A DNA stretch of 64,000 nucleotides from a virus: positions 1 through 64,000 of IMG/VR virus record IMGVR_UViG_3300023174_000074; one strand, 5' to 3'. The notes beneath the pieces were generated by a model that ran no database searches, was not told where the DNA came from, and saw only the letters and a list, made by a program, of their open reading frames with translations. Made by a program: the position numbers and the translations under genes. This document shows, piece by piece, positions 47,857 through 57,678 of this stretch. Position 1 is the stretch's first letter, and every line of letters begins with the position of its first letter.

Positions 47857-49791
47857 TTGAGAGTTTTTTACATTGTACCACATCTGTCTACCGGTGGGAT
47901 GCCTGAGTATCTAAAGAATAAAATAGACAAAATTAAAGACGAAGCGGAAGTTTGGGTGTTTGAACAAAAACACGAAGTTTCTTATATTACCATTAGGAAA
48001 AGAATAGAATCCATAATAGGCCGAGAAAGAATAGTAACCTGGGGAGACAAGCCAGAGGACATCTTGATTAGGGCTATCAAAGAAATGAAGCCTGATATTA
48101 TCCACTTTGAAGAACCCTGTGAGCAATTCTTAAGTCACCATTTGCTGGATATTATATTCTCTGATGATAGAGAATATAAGATATTCGAAACAATGCATGA
48201 CTCGTCAGTTTCATCTAGAGAAAAAATATACCTACCTGATAAATTCATAGTTATTAGTCCTTGGCAGGTTAGTCTTCTAAAAGATCTTAATGTACCGATA
48301 GAGGTTGTCGAGCATGCGATATCCAAGAAACCTGGAAGGGATTACCATGAAAGCAGGGCGAAATTAGGCCTAGATCCCAATAAAAAACACATAATCCAAA
48401 TTGGTATATTTACTCCAAGAAAGAACCAGAGAGAAACTGCTGAACTCGCTAAATTACTACCAGAGATAGAATTCCATTTCATCGGAACCTTAGCCGATAA
48501 CTTTAAATGGTATTGGGAACCGGTTACAAGTAATCTTCCTGCTAATTGTAAAATATGGGGAGAAAGAGATGACGTTGATTTATTCTATCAGGCAGCAGAT
48601 CTTGTTATATTTCCTTCGATACCTTTATTCAATGATAAAGAAACAAGTCCACTCGTTATAAAGGAAGCTATATCTTGGAAATCACCATTGCTTCTAAGGA
48701 ATCTTTCAGTATACGTTGACATGTATCAGGAATCAAACACTCTGAAATTCTTCAGAAGTGAAGATAAGAGTGAAATATTAAACCAGATAAGAGAAATATT
48801 AGAAATCAAAAAAGAATTAAAGATAAGCAATAAGAGCGATATGTTTGTGCATAGATTCTCCCCTGAAAATAATAGAATTGATATAGTTTACATTGGGGAT
48901 AGCAGAAACATAAACGAGATTGAATGTGACGTTTATGTTAAAGACATAGACAGTGGATCTAATATATTCCATTGTGGAATAAGATTTAATCTGGGTGGAT
49001 CGTACTGGATAATTCCCATTCCGATTCACATCTACGATTTCCAAAATAATCCAAACTTTGGAGGATTTCTCATTGAATATAGACAGGAAAACGATGTAAT
49101 CTCTGAATCTGTAATTAGATTCAGAAACGTAAGCAAGAAGATCTGTAGACTTGATACAAAAGATCCAATATTTAGAAACTATGAAGAATTCTTTACCGAT
49201 CGAATATATGGAACTATGACCGACTGTATATCCAGGAAAGGGGTTGCTATAGATGTTGGTGCTAATGTTGGATTGTTTACTGAATTCTGTCTAGACGCAG
49301 GATTTGCAAAAGTTTATTCAATCGAACCAAATCCACTAGCTGCAAATGAATTCAGAAAGATGCACTCCGATAATCCCAATGTTATTTTTGAAGAAATAGC
49401 TTTAACTGGTAACGGAGAGGATGTTAGTCTTAGCGTAGATCCAGGAAACACTCTGGTTTCGAGTATAGCAAAAACAATAAGCAATAATACTGTCTTAGTA
49501 AAATCAGAAACACTGAATTCTCTAATCGAAAGAGTCGGTGAGATAGATTTACTTAAAATCGATATCGAAGGTGCTGAGTATGATTTGCTAGAGGTGACAG
49601 ATATTGGATTGCTAGCTAAAGCTAATAACATAATTTTAGAATTCCATGATAATAATGACGGTAGAGTTAATAAGCTAACAGAGAAATTAATCAGTGCAGA
49701 TTTTGAGGTTAAGCTTTATAATGAATTAATACAGTATGAGGTTGATGACAGCGCAGATCATGGGGTAATATTTGCAAAAAAGAAAATATAA
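47857..49791 (+). CDS. GT4 glycosyltransferase fused to FkbM-family methyltransferase
   Basis: PHLSTGG, RKNQ, ETSPLVIKEA; DVGANVG, EPN, KIDIEGAE. Confidence 0.85.
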   Translation: MRVFYIVPHLSTGGMPEYLKNKIDKIKDEAEVWVFEQKHEVSYITIRKRIESIIGRERIVTWGDKPEDILIRAIKEMKPDIIHFEEPCEQFLSHHLLDIIFSDDREYKIFETMHDSSVSSREKIYLPDKFIVISPWQVSLLKDLNVPIEVVEHAISKKPGRDYHESRAKLGLDPNKKHIIQIGIFTPRKNQRETAELAKLLPEIEFHFIGTLADNFKWYWEPVTSNLPANCKIWGERDDVDLFYQAADLVIFPSIPLFNDKETSPLVIKEAISWKSPLLLRNLSVYVDMYQESNTLKFFRSEDKSEILNQIREILEIKKELKISNKSDMFVHRFSPENNRIDIVYIGDSRNINEIECDVYVKDIDSGSNIFHCGIRFNLGGSYWIIPIPIHIYDFQNNPNFGGFLIEYRQENDVISESVIRFRNVSKKICRLDTKDPIFRNYEEFFTDRIYGTMTDCISRKGVAIDVGANVGLFTEFCLDAGFAKVYSIEPNPLAANEFRKMHSDNPNVIFEEIALTGNGEDVSLSVDPGNTLVSSIAKTISNNTVLVKSETLNSLIERVGEIDLLKIDIEGAEYDLLEVTDIGLLAKANNIILEFHDNNDGRVNKLTEKLISADFEVKLYNELIQYEVDDSADHGVIFAKKKI

Positions 49792-49795
49792 AAAA

Positions 49796-52153
49796 ATGAG
49801 AATAGCACAAATAACCCCCGGAATAATACAGATTCCACCAAATGGATGGGGAGCAGTAGAAAAGATAATCTGGGAATATACAAAGGTATTAAGAAGACTC
49901 GGACATGGGGTCGAAATCATTTATACTGATGATGTTAAACCAGGAGAGTGGGATATCGTTCACGTACATGTGGCCAACCTAGCTTTATTACTAAAGGAGA
50001 GAGGAATACCTTATGTGTTTTCACATCACGATCATCATGCTTATTATCTAGGGAAAGACTCTGAAGTTTATAGACAAAATCTAGAAGCTATAAAAGGATC
50101 AGTTCTATCTTTTGTACATGCTAAATATCTTATAGATTATTTTGGATCATTACCACAATTAAGATATCTTAGCCATGGGGCTAATCTTAAGGATTATTAT
50201 TTTGAAGACAGGTCTATCGATCTTCTTGATAATGGACCAAGCCTAATTATGATGGCAAACAATGGTTTACTTGTAGATCCTTTATTTGATAGAAAGGGAT
50301 TCATACCAGGAATAGAATGCGCTAGCATATTAGATCTTCCGATTACTATAATCTGTCCTAGTAAAAATAACAAAGAGTTCTTTGAGAAGAATGCAGGCGT
50401 TGCTTCGTACCGTAAGCTAAATGTGATCTACGACATGAATTATGAAGATTCACTAGCAGAGATGAGAAAGCACCATGTCTTTTTGAATCCTGGAGCTATT
50501 GAGGCTGGGCATCCAAATCTAACAGTTACCGAAAGTATCGCCATGGGTATTCCTGTAGTTGGACTAATGGAATCTAATTTAAGAGGGATGAAAAGAATAG
50601 AGTCTGCAGATACTAAAGATTTAGTAGATGGAGTTGAAGAAGTTCTACAAAAGTATTCTCAGTATGTTCTAGAGTGTAGGGATCAAAGAAGCTTAATATC
50701 ATGGGAGGTTGTCGTTTCGAGAATGCTTATGGATTACGCATCATTTGGTAAGATATCTCAGAAGGATCTCATACTCAACGATTATAGGGGCATACCGAAA
50801 AGAATAGAAAAGAAGGAGGATCACGGATTCTACTCTTGGTTTAAAAGAGATCCGCATTTTTATAAATGCTCATATCCAGAAGGTGAAGGCCAAGCTATAT
50901 TTTTCAGAGATGCTAGAACTGGATCAATTAAATCTTTTCTTAATGTAGGTAAAAGTAAAAGAGCATGGTCAACCGTTCCCGATGATCGAGCTAAGTACAT
51001 TGATTGGGAAATAGTTATAAAAGACGGATCTGATGTTCTTAAAACTATTAAGATGGATTTAAGCAATCAGCATGTTCTGATCGAGGATGGAAACATAAGA
51101 AGAAATGACATCAAGGACATTATCAAGGACTTTGTGTCTTTGACTAAGTGCATTCCTTCGATATCTGAAAAGTCTAAATACTTAGAGGATATTCATATCC
51201 CGCATTTTAAATATAGCGGTGATGATGAATCTGGTTTTTATAGGGTTTTAAATACAGATCAGATCATATCTTTCTTTAGTCCCAATTATGTTAAGGATAA
51301 TAATCCGCTTATAATTTTAAAAACTTCGGCACTGGGAGACACTATATCTTTCATGCCTTATGCAGACGAATATGCTAGAAGACTAGGAATTAAATGTGAC
51401 GTGGTCAGTAACTTTGGATTTCTCTATGAAGATTTATATCAGAATGTGAACACAATACAGATGCCGACTGATTTAAGCACGTATACTGACATTATATGCT
51501 GTGACTATATCTATGACTTGCCTTTACAATTAGGCTTTGCTAAACAGCTAGGATTAGCCGATATGGGCAAGATCAGACCTCGGTTAAAGAAGTCTGGTAA
51601 GTCATCTCCTCTGAATAAGAAATATGTTTGCTTTTCCAGCCATAGTACTGCACAGGCTAAGCACTGGAACAATAACAATTCTTGGGAAAAGCTATGTGAT
51701 ATGCTACAGAAGAAAGGTCTTGTCCCTGTTTGCATAGATCGATATTACAGCTTTGGTAGCGAGGGTAATTGGAACGAGATTCCTAAGAACTGTATGAATA
51801 AGACCGGCATGGATCTTACTGAAATGATGCACTGGATCGAACACTGCGAATTCTTTGTTGGCCTTTCTAGTGGGCTTTCTTGGGTAGCACATGCACTAGA
51901 CAAAAAGGTGGTTGTGATATCGGGAGTAACCACAAAGGACAATGAATTTGATGATGATTGCATTAGAATCCATAGAGATGACGTTTGTAATTCCTGCTTT
52001 AATACACCCGAAAGATTCCCATTTGACCCGGGTGATTGGTTTTGGTGTCCAGTACACAAAGGAACAGCCAGACAATTTGAGTGCACCAAGAGAATCTCTG
52101 CAAAACAGGTTATGGATGCGATAGATTCTAGGGGCTGGTCAAAAATAAAGTAG
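49796..52153 (+). CDS. GT4 glycosyltransferase fused to TibC/Aah-like (autotransporter heptosyltransferase) domain
   Basis: PPNGWGAVE, EAGHPNL..TES; ALGDTI, STAQAKHWNN, FVGLSSGLSW, CNSC...WCPVHKGTARQFEC. Confidence 0.85.
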   Translation: MRIAQITPGIIQIPPNGWGAVEKIIWEYTKVLRRLGHGVEIIYTDDVKPGEWDIVHVHVANLALLLKERGIPYVFSHHDHHAYYLGKDSEVYRQNLEAIKGSVLSFVHAKYLIDYFGSLPQLRYLSHGANLKDYYFEDRSIDLLDNGPSLIMMANNGLLVDPLFDRKGFIPGIECASILDLPITIICPSKNNKEFFEKNAGVASYRKLNVIYDMNYEDSLAEMRKHHVFLNPGAIEAGHPNLTVTESIAMGIPVVGLMESNLRGMKRIESADTKDLVDGVEEVLQKYSQYVLECRDQRSLISWEVVVSRMLMDYASFGKISQKDLILNDYRGIPKRIEKKEDHGFYSWFKRDPHFYKCSYPEGEGQAIFFRDARTGSIKSFLNVGKSKRAWSTVPDDRAKYIDWEIVIKDGSDVLKTIKMDLSNQHVLIEDGNIRRNDIKDIIKDFVSLTKCIPSISEKSKYLEDIHIPHFKYSGDDESGFYRVLNTDQIISFFSPNYVKDNNPLIILKTSALGDTISFMPYADEYARRLGIKCDVVSNFGFLYEDLYQNVNTIQMPTDLSTYTDIICCDYIYDLPLQLGFAKQLGLADMGKIRPRLKKSGKSSPLNKKYVCFSSHSTAQAKHWNNNNSWEKLCDMLQKKGLVPVCIDRYYSFGSEGNWNEIPKNCMNKTGMDLTEMMHWIEHCEFFVGLSSGLSWVAHALDKKVVVISGVTTKDNEFDDDCIRIHRDDVCNSCFNTPERFPFDPGDWFWCPVHKGTARQFECTKRISAKQVMDAIDSRGWSKIK

Positions 52154-52189
52154 GCTCACCGAGGATAAATAGTAGTAAAAAAAACGTTA

Positions 52190-52771
52190 ATGAAAAAATT
52201 AATATTACTATTATTACCGACCTTAGTATTTGGTCAGAAACTTAGAGAGTCGGTTAAGGTAAAAACACCGATATATGAAGTAATATATAATGAAAAATTA
52301 GAGCAGCCAACTTGGATCAAGTACACGGTTCAATGCCCGGCAGGAACAGCTTCTAGAACAGGTATTGACTTTTACACCAATGATTCTATTAAAACTTCAG
52401 ATGCAGCTGATTACGTGAATAATGTCTATGATAAAGGCCATTTAGCTCCAGCAGCTGATTTTAATTGCACCAAAGAGCTTTTATATCAAACTTTTAGCTA
52501 CTTAAACTGCGCTTTACAGAATCAATACCTAAATAGAGGAGTATGGAGAATGCTAGAAGAACATGAAAGAGAATTGGCTAAGACTGAAAAGGTTACTGTT
52601 ACTATAACCCTTGTTTTTGATAAAAAATCGATCTTATTGCCATCAGGAGCCACTGTACCTAGTGGATTTTATAAAACAATCCACTTAAAAAAGTCTAAAA
52701 AGACGATAAAGTATTATTTTCCTAATGAGGCCCCGGTTAAGTCTAAATACACCGAATACATAATTAAATAA
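52190..52771 (+). CDS. secreted DNA/RNA non-specific endonuclease
   Basis: Signal peptide; YDKGHLAPAADF, N..LQ...LNRGVW..LE, VPSGFYK. Confidence 0.9.
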   Translation: MKKLILLLLPTLVFGQKLRESVKVKTPIYEVIYNEKLEQPTWIKYTVQCPAGTASRTGIDFYTNDSIKTSDAADYVNNVYDKGHLAPAADFNCTKELLYQTFSYLNCALQNQYLNRGVWRMLEEHERELAKTEKVTVTITLVFDKKSILLPSGATVPSGFYKTIHLKKSKKTIKYYFPNEAPVKSKYTEYIIK

Positions 52772-52810
52772 ACGAAAAGGATATATACATAAACATAAAA
52801 AACACAGAAA

Positions 52811-53224
52811 ATGGAAAGAATAGTATCATTTGAAGACTTTAAGAAAAAAGCTATGGAAATAGCGGAGGACGACAACATGGAGGGAGGACAAGAAAAACAA
52901 CACTACATGTTTTTCGCAAACTTAACTTCCATCAAACATTACATAGAAGAGATTCTTAAAATGGATCCAGGAGAAGTTGATAAACACCTTAAGAATGGTC
53001 ACGATTGGGCTGCTGATCATATTGCTACTTCTAAAGACGATATTCAAGAAGTTGCTGATTGGATCAGAAACGAAATGGAAGGTGAAGGATCATCCGAAGA
53101 ATCAGGAGAAGAATCAGGAGAAGAATCAGGAGAAGAAATGATCGAACCAGAAAACATAGAAGTTGAAGTAGAAGACGAGGAAAAACCCGAAGAAGACGAA
53201 GAGGGTGAAGAAGACGAAGACTAA
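52811..53224 (+). CDS. hypothetical protein with capsid-targeting-like N-terminus and acidic tail
   Basis: MERIVSFEDF; YMFF.NL...GHDWAADHI; GATATATA at 52780. Confidence 0.65.
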   Translation: MERIVSFEDFKKKAMEIAEDDNMEGGQEKQHYMFFANLTSIKHYIEEILKMDPGEVDKHLKNGHDWAADHIATSKDDIQEVADWIRNEMEGEGSSEESGEESGEESGEEMIEPENIEVEVEDEEKPEEDEEGEEDED

Positions 53225-53243
53225 TTAAAATCAGATAATATTT

Positions 53244-53273
53244 AAAGCCAGATATAACTATCTGGCTTTTTTT
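53244..53273 (+). terminator. intrinsic terminator
   Basis: AAAGCCAGATA/TATCTGGCTTT plus T run. Confidence 0.85.
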
Positions 53274-53319
53274 GTGGAACTTTGTACCGATAGAGTTCTA
53301 TGAAAAATAAATCATTTTT

Positions 53320-53955
53320 ATGGAAATAGGATTCGCAGAAAGCTTTGGTGATAGCATCAAAAAATTAATAAGACACAACACATGGTGGTATAAAACCTAC
53401 TCGCTCTTCAGATACGACATTCCAAGATTTTTGAAGAATGTTTGGAAATTCAGAAAGCCCCTAGCAAATCACTACTGGTGGGATCATCATGCTTTACTAG
53501 AGTTCATGGAAATTGGATTAGCCGATATGGGGGACAAGATGGAAAAGTATGGAATGGAGGTTGACATCAGCAGGCTCAAAAAAGTTAAAGCTATGAAGAG
53601 AGCTGCAGAGCTTATTAGGAACTATAATGAGGATCTTTATATCGAAATGGCAGAGGCAGAATTAGGTGAGGTTATACACCGCGAATGGGAATTTGAAGAA
53701 GTAGAGGATAAACCCGGGTATTCAAGATTAGTTGATAACGAAACCGAAGAAGAGAAGGTCCACAACAGAAAGGTATTTGAAAGATCTAGGGAAATAGGTG
53801 AGCAAGAATGGAAAGAACTCTGGAGGATCTTACAAGGGCAAGAGAATGAGGGATATCAGAAAATATTCAAATCTCTGGCAGAGGAAGAGAAAAAAGAGGA
53901 AGATCACTACTATAAATGGTTTGACGGAACGGATCTTCGTGGATGGTGGGATTAA
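53320..53955 (+). CDS. conserved phage hypothetical protein
   Basis: WWD...GWWD C-terminus. Confidence 0.65.
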   Translation: MEIGFAESFGDSIKKLIRHNTWWYKTYSLFRYDIPRFLKNVWKFRKPLANHYWWDHHALLEFMEIGLADMGDKMEKYGMEVDISRLKKVKAMKRAAELIRNYNEDLYIEMAEAELGEVIHREWEFEEVEDKPGYSRLVDNETEEEKVHNRKVFERSREIGEQEWKELWRILQGQENEGYQKIFKSLAEEEKKEEDHYYKWFDGTDLRGWWD

Positions 53956-53964
53956 ATAATAGAC

Positions 53965-54570
53965 ATGTCTGATATTAAGCACACTGAAAAAACAATACAG
54001 AAGAATCTGGAGAAAAGATTCGATAGCGGAAATATTAAATACACCGCAGGGAATCTTTATCTCTTCAAGGACGACTGGGAAACCGATTTTTTGGTAGTTC
54101 AGAAAAGCGGGTACTGCTATGAGATAGAAATAAAAATAAGCAGATCTGATTTCTTCAATGATTTTAAAAAGAAGAATAAGCACCTTATACTGAATGAGGG
54201 TATCTTCATGAAGAAAAAGTATAAATACCACACTGATCAGGTAACAAAAAAAAGAATATCTGAGCATTACTACGGCCCAATAGAATGGAAATTCAGGCCA
54301 AATAAGTTTTATTATTGCGTTCCTGAGGGATTGGTTAAAAAAGAAGAAGTCCCAGATTATGCCGGGTTAATGTACGTAAGTTCTTATGGTGTGGTTACTA
54401 CTATAAAGGAGCCAAGATTTTTACACAAAGAAAAAATTGAACTAACAAAAAAACTTTGCGATAAATTCTATCACTATTGGAAAAACACGAGGTGCAGTCT
54501 CAGATTACTTGAGGATCAGAATAAACTATATGAAGCTCAAATAAAAAATTTAAAAGAATCCAGTGTTTAA
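53965..54570 (+). CDS. MmcB-like PD-(D/E)XK nuclease
   Basis: ETDFL...YEIEIKISRSDF..D..K, PNKFYYCVP, YAGL. Confidence 0.7.
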   Translation: MSDIKHTEKTIQKNLEKRFDSGNIKYTAGNLYLFKDDWETDFLVVQKSGYCYEIEIKISRSDFFNDFKKKNKHLILNEGIFMKKKYKYHTDQVTKKRISEHYYGPIEWKFRPNKFYYCVPEGLVKKEEVPDYAGLMYVSSYGVVTTIKEPRFLHKEKIELTKKLCDKFYHYWKNTRCSLRLLEDQNKLYEAQIKNLKESSV

Positions 54571-54609
54571 TTTTTTAATCCCGTGATTGGTTATTACATT
54601 TGTAAAAAG

Positions 54610-54942
54610 ATGGAAGAAAAGAGTAGAAAGAAAAAGGTTACCACAATCAATAAGATAGTTAAGGAATATAAAGATGCTACCACAAAGGAAATTTGGGAGG
54701 GGGTAAGGGATAACTTTCTTTTTGGATTTATCGGAGCTACACTTGTGGTTTTTATATCAACAAGGGTTGATTTTGCGGTATTGATTGGATATCTTGTTTA
54801 TTATTCTTATATGGGGCGAATCGTAAATAGGCCCAAGTATGTAACGGATTTAGGCAAGCTAATAGTTTTCCCCTTCCCGTCAGCTTTAGGTGCATTTACC
54901 GGATATAAGATATCATATTTACTAGTCAATTATCTATCATAA
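54610..54942 (+). CDS. membrane protein
   Basis: Hydrophobic segments; ATG 54610 after TACATTTG. Confidence 0.6.
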   Translation: MEEKSRKKKVTTINKIVKEYKDATTKEIWEGVRDNFLFGFIGATLVVFISTRVDFAVLIGYLVYYSYMGRIVNRPKYVTDLGKLIVFPFPSALGAFTGYKISYLLVNYLS

Positions 54943-54943
54943 A

Positions 54944-55681
54944 ATGTTAATAAAAAATCAAACCCCTTATTTAGGAAAGATCAAATTGAAATTTGAAAAG
55001 TCACCCTGGTATTCTTCAGGAAACAACAAACTTAATAAAATCCACTTAAATCTGGGATTCACTAAGTTGGTCTCTAGGATTTATATTAGAAGGGATCTTA
55101 ATGGGTTTATTTCTGATCCCGAGAAGGTTAAACTCATTAATCTGTATACTGGAGGAATTATAGGAGAGCATAAATTCAATAATGACGAATACATTTTAGA
55201 AAACTCGTTTCTAGCTCCAGATGGAACATATCTAGGTGATCTGTCCGATGGATGGAGATATTACAAAAATCTGATGATTGTAACTCTGAAAAAACCGAAT
55301 GGAGTTGCTTTACTTTTAGAAAAAAATTTTTTCCATATCCCTTCTGGAAGAAAGGGTGTGGTTGAAGATTATTTTTTATCTTTTGTAAAGGGATATTATG
55401 GATATAGCCACAGAGGTGGAAACACATTTAGATTAGGCGACAGGTTATTTGATGAAAATTACGTTCCTGTTGAATCTGATTACATTAAGAAAGAGTGGGA
55501 CAAGTATAAAAAATTAGCTAATAAGGCGGAGATCAGAAACAGAAAAGACGGATGGCTAAAGGATGGTGACGCGTTTGAAATAGCATCGATTATACCATTT
55601 AATAGAAGAGGAAAGATAACGATAAGTACATGGGGAGAAGCTGAACAAGCCGCTATCAACATGTCAAATTATTTAAGCTAA
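54944..55681 (+). CDS. hypothetical phage protein
   Basis: GYSHRG..F..GD.LF motif. Confidence 0.6.
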   Translation: MLIKNQTPYLGKIKLKFEKSPWYSSGNNKLNKIHLNLGFTKLVSRIYIRRDLNGFISDPEKVKLINLYTGGIIGEHKFNNDEYILENSFLAPDGTYLGDLSDGWRYYKNLMIVTLKKPNGVALLLEKNFFHIPSGRKGVVEDYFLSFVKGYYGYSHRGGNTFRLGDRLFDENYVPVESDYIKKEWDKYKKLANKAEIRNRKDGWLKDGDAFEIASIIPFNRRGKITISTWGEAEQAAINMSNYLS

Positions 55682-55731
55682 ACGAAACTAAACAATATTT
55701 AAAAATATAAAATAATATAATCTAAAATAAA

Positions 55732-56718
55732 ATGAAAACCAGGGAAATTGGGAAAAGAGTAAGGGAAAAACTAGGTCTGCAGGAAGACATTGGGATAGAG
55801 TTTAATGAAGTTGATTACCATCACATTTTAGAAGATGAAGAAAAAAAGATGGATTTTGATCAATGGTCTGTGATGGGAGACGGGAGTTATCTCCCAGCAC
55901 CAAAGGCTGAAAAACGACTCCCTGCAGGTCTATATGAATTTGAATGGAGTAACCGGGCTAATGAGTGGTGTGTAATGAGACAAGCCATTAACACCGACGA
56001 GCTATACGAGCTACCAACTGCAGAAATTGGGGAGATTCTAACCGATATAAAAGCATTCTGGAAAAAGGCAGAGCTCTATAAATCATATAAGCTTATGCAC
56101 AAAAGGGGTATTCTTTTATACGGCGATCCCGGATGTGGTAAATCAGGCATTTTACAGCTTTGTATGATCCACATCATCAGAGAGTTATCTGGGATTGTTA
56201 TTAATATCAAAAACGAAGACTCAATTAAAGCATATATTGAAATGGTTCCTAAATTAAGACAGATTGAACCAGATAGACCCCTTGTCGTTATGATAGAAGA
56301 TATTGATAGCGTTGCAGGGGATAGCAATTATTCAACTTCTGTTTTGCTTAATATACTTGACGGAATTAAGCAAATTGAAAATGTTGTCTACATAGCAACT
56401 ACAAACTACCCAGAAAAATTAGAAGAGAGAATCACAAATAGACCTTCTCGTTTTGATAGGAGATATTACGTGGCTCCTCCTTCTAGAGAAGTAAGAAAAT
56501 CTTATCTTTTAAATAAGATAGGGGAGAATAAAATTACAATCGATATCGAAAAATGGTTAGATGATACAGCGGATCTCTCGATGTCTCATTTAAAGGAGCT
56601 ATTTATTTCTGTTGTTTTATTAGATAATAAATACGAGAATGCAATAGAACATCTAAAAGGAATGAAAAAAACACCAAGAGGAAAAAATCAAAAACAAGTT
56701 GGGTTCACTTCATATTAA
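55732..56718 (+). CDS. AAA+ ATPase
   Basis: GILLYGDPGCGKS, IEDID, LLNILDG, ATTNYPE, RPSRFDR. Confidence 0.9.
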   Translation: MKTREIGKRVREKLGLQEDIGIEFNEVDYHHILEDEEKKMDFDQWSVMGDGSYLPAPKAEKRLPAGLYEFEWSNRANEWCVMRQAINTDELYELPTAEIGEILTDIKAFWKKAELYKSYKLMHKRGILLYGDPGCGKSGILQLCMIHIIRELSGIVINIKNEDSIKAYIEMVPKLRQIEPDRPLVVMIEDIDSVAGDSNYSTSVLLNILDGIKQIENVVYIATTNYPEKLEERITNRPSRFDRRYYVAPPSREVRKSYLLNKIGENKITIDIEKWLDDTADLSMSHLKELFISVVLLDNKYENAIEHLKGMKKTPRGKNQKQVGFTSY

Positions 56719-56869
56719 ATATGAAAAACAGGGATCACATACTAATAAGAATAGCGAGAAATATAGCTGATATCAATCACCAACGAGCTAAAAAATTGTT
56801 ATTTAAAGTATTAGAGACACATATTGAATCATGGTGGAATTAAAAATATCATAAAATTTTTGATATTGA

Positions 56870-56966
56870 ATATAACGGTGGCGATTGGCGAAGTAAAAGC
56901 CTTGCACTACCGTTGATGTTCAGCACTACACTTGATGGCTTTTATTTTGCCAATTGCGTGTTAGCG
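56870..56966 (+). other. attC-like recombination site 1
   Basis: ATATAAC...GTTAGCG ends; internal arms GCGATTGGCGAAGTAAAAGCC / GGCTTTTATTTTGCCAATTGC. Confidence 0.65.
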
Positions 56967-57015
56967 GTTCGGGCTTCTCCGCTTTTAGAAGTCCAAAATT
57001 TAATAACAAAAAAAA

Positions 57016-57246
57016 ATGAAAAGAGAATTTAATGTTTACAAAAGTTGGTTCGCTGGATTTAGAGCAAAAGATTTGTTTCCAATATTCAGTTTTACCAAAA
57101 ATGTTCAAGGCTGGTTTTTTACTCGTGTATGGTCATTGAATTGGTTTACTTACGCTTTGTCGTTTAGTTTGACAAAAACAAGCGATTTGAACGAAGATAG
57201 AAGTTTGTCACACGAGAAAAATGTCAAACGGTATATGCTGTCTTAG
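57016..57246 (+). CDS. cassette-borne hypothetical protein
   Basis: Single ORF between two attC-like sites. Confidence 0.55.
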   Translation: MKREFNVYKSWFAGFRAKDLFPIFSFTKNVQGWFFTRVWSLNWFTYALSFSLTKTSDLNEDRSLSHEKNVKRYMLS

Positions 57247-57252
57247 CCTGAC

Positions 57253-57307
57253 CGCTAACGGATTGCAGCTATGCGCTCGTTTTAATGGCGCATAGGTGCT
57301 GTTATGT
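57253..57307 (+). other. attC-like recombination site 2
   Basis: CGCTAAC...GTTATGT ends; internal GCAGCTATGCGC / GCGCATAGGTGC. Confidence 0.65.
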
Positions 57308-57339
57308 GATGTGCTTTTATTAACCGAAAATAAATTATT

Positions 57340-57678
57340 ATGAACAAATCAATAGAAATAACCGATTGTAAAAACAGGACACCGGAACAGGTTGTGCTGG
57401 GTTATAAAACGGCATTGGTTGAAGATGTGTTTCATCAAGGTATGAAAAAAACAGCAATGCAACAACTAATTGATGAAATAGTTGAACATCTTACTTATGA
57501 TGATGATTTAACTGATGATAATAGAACAACTCTTGAAACTATTAGATTGAGATGTTTAGGAAAATTATCAATGGAGAAAGATCAAATAATTAACACCTTT
57601 AAAGATGCGCAAGTTTTTAAAGTTATGAATGATGAAACAAGAGCAGAACAATACTACTACAAAATATATGGAAAATAA
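57340..57678 (+). CDS. hypothetical protein (KTAMQ family)
   Basis: KTAMQQL...MEKDQI...AEQYY...Y. Confidence 0.6.
   Translation: MNKSIEITDCKNRTPEQVVLGYKTALVEDVFHQGMKKTAMQQLIDEIVEHLTYDDDLTDDNRTTLETIRLRCLGKLSMEKDQIINTFKDAQVFKVMNDETRAEQYYYKIYGK

Noticed and set aside
53096-53137. 12-bp tandem repeat GAAGAATCAGGA
   Set aside because: Simple coding expansion (EESG) in an acidic tail
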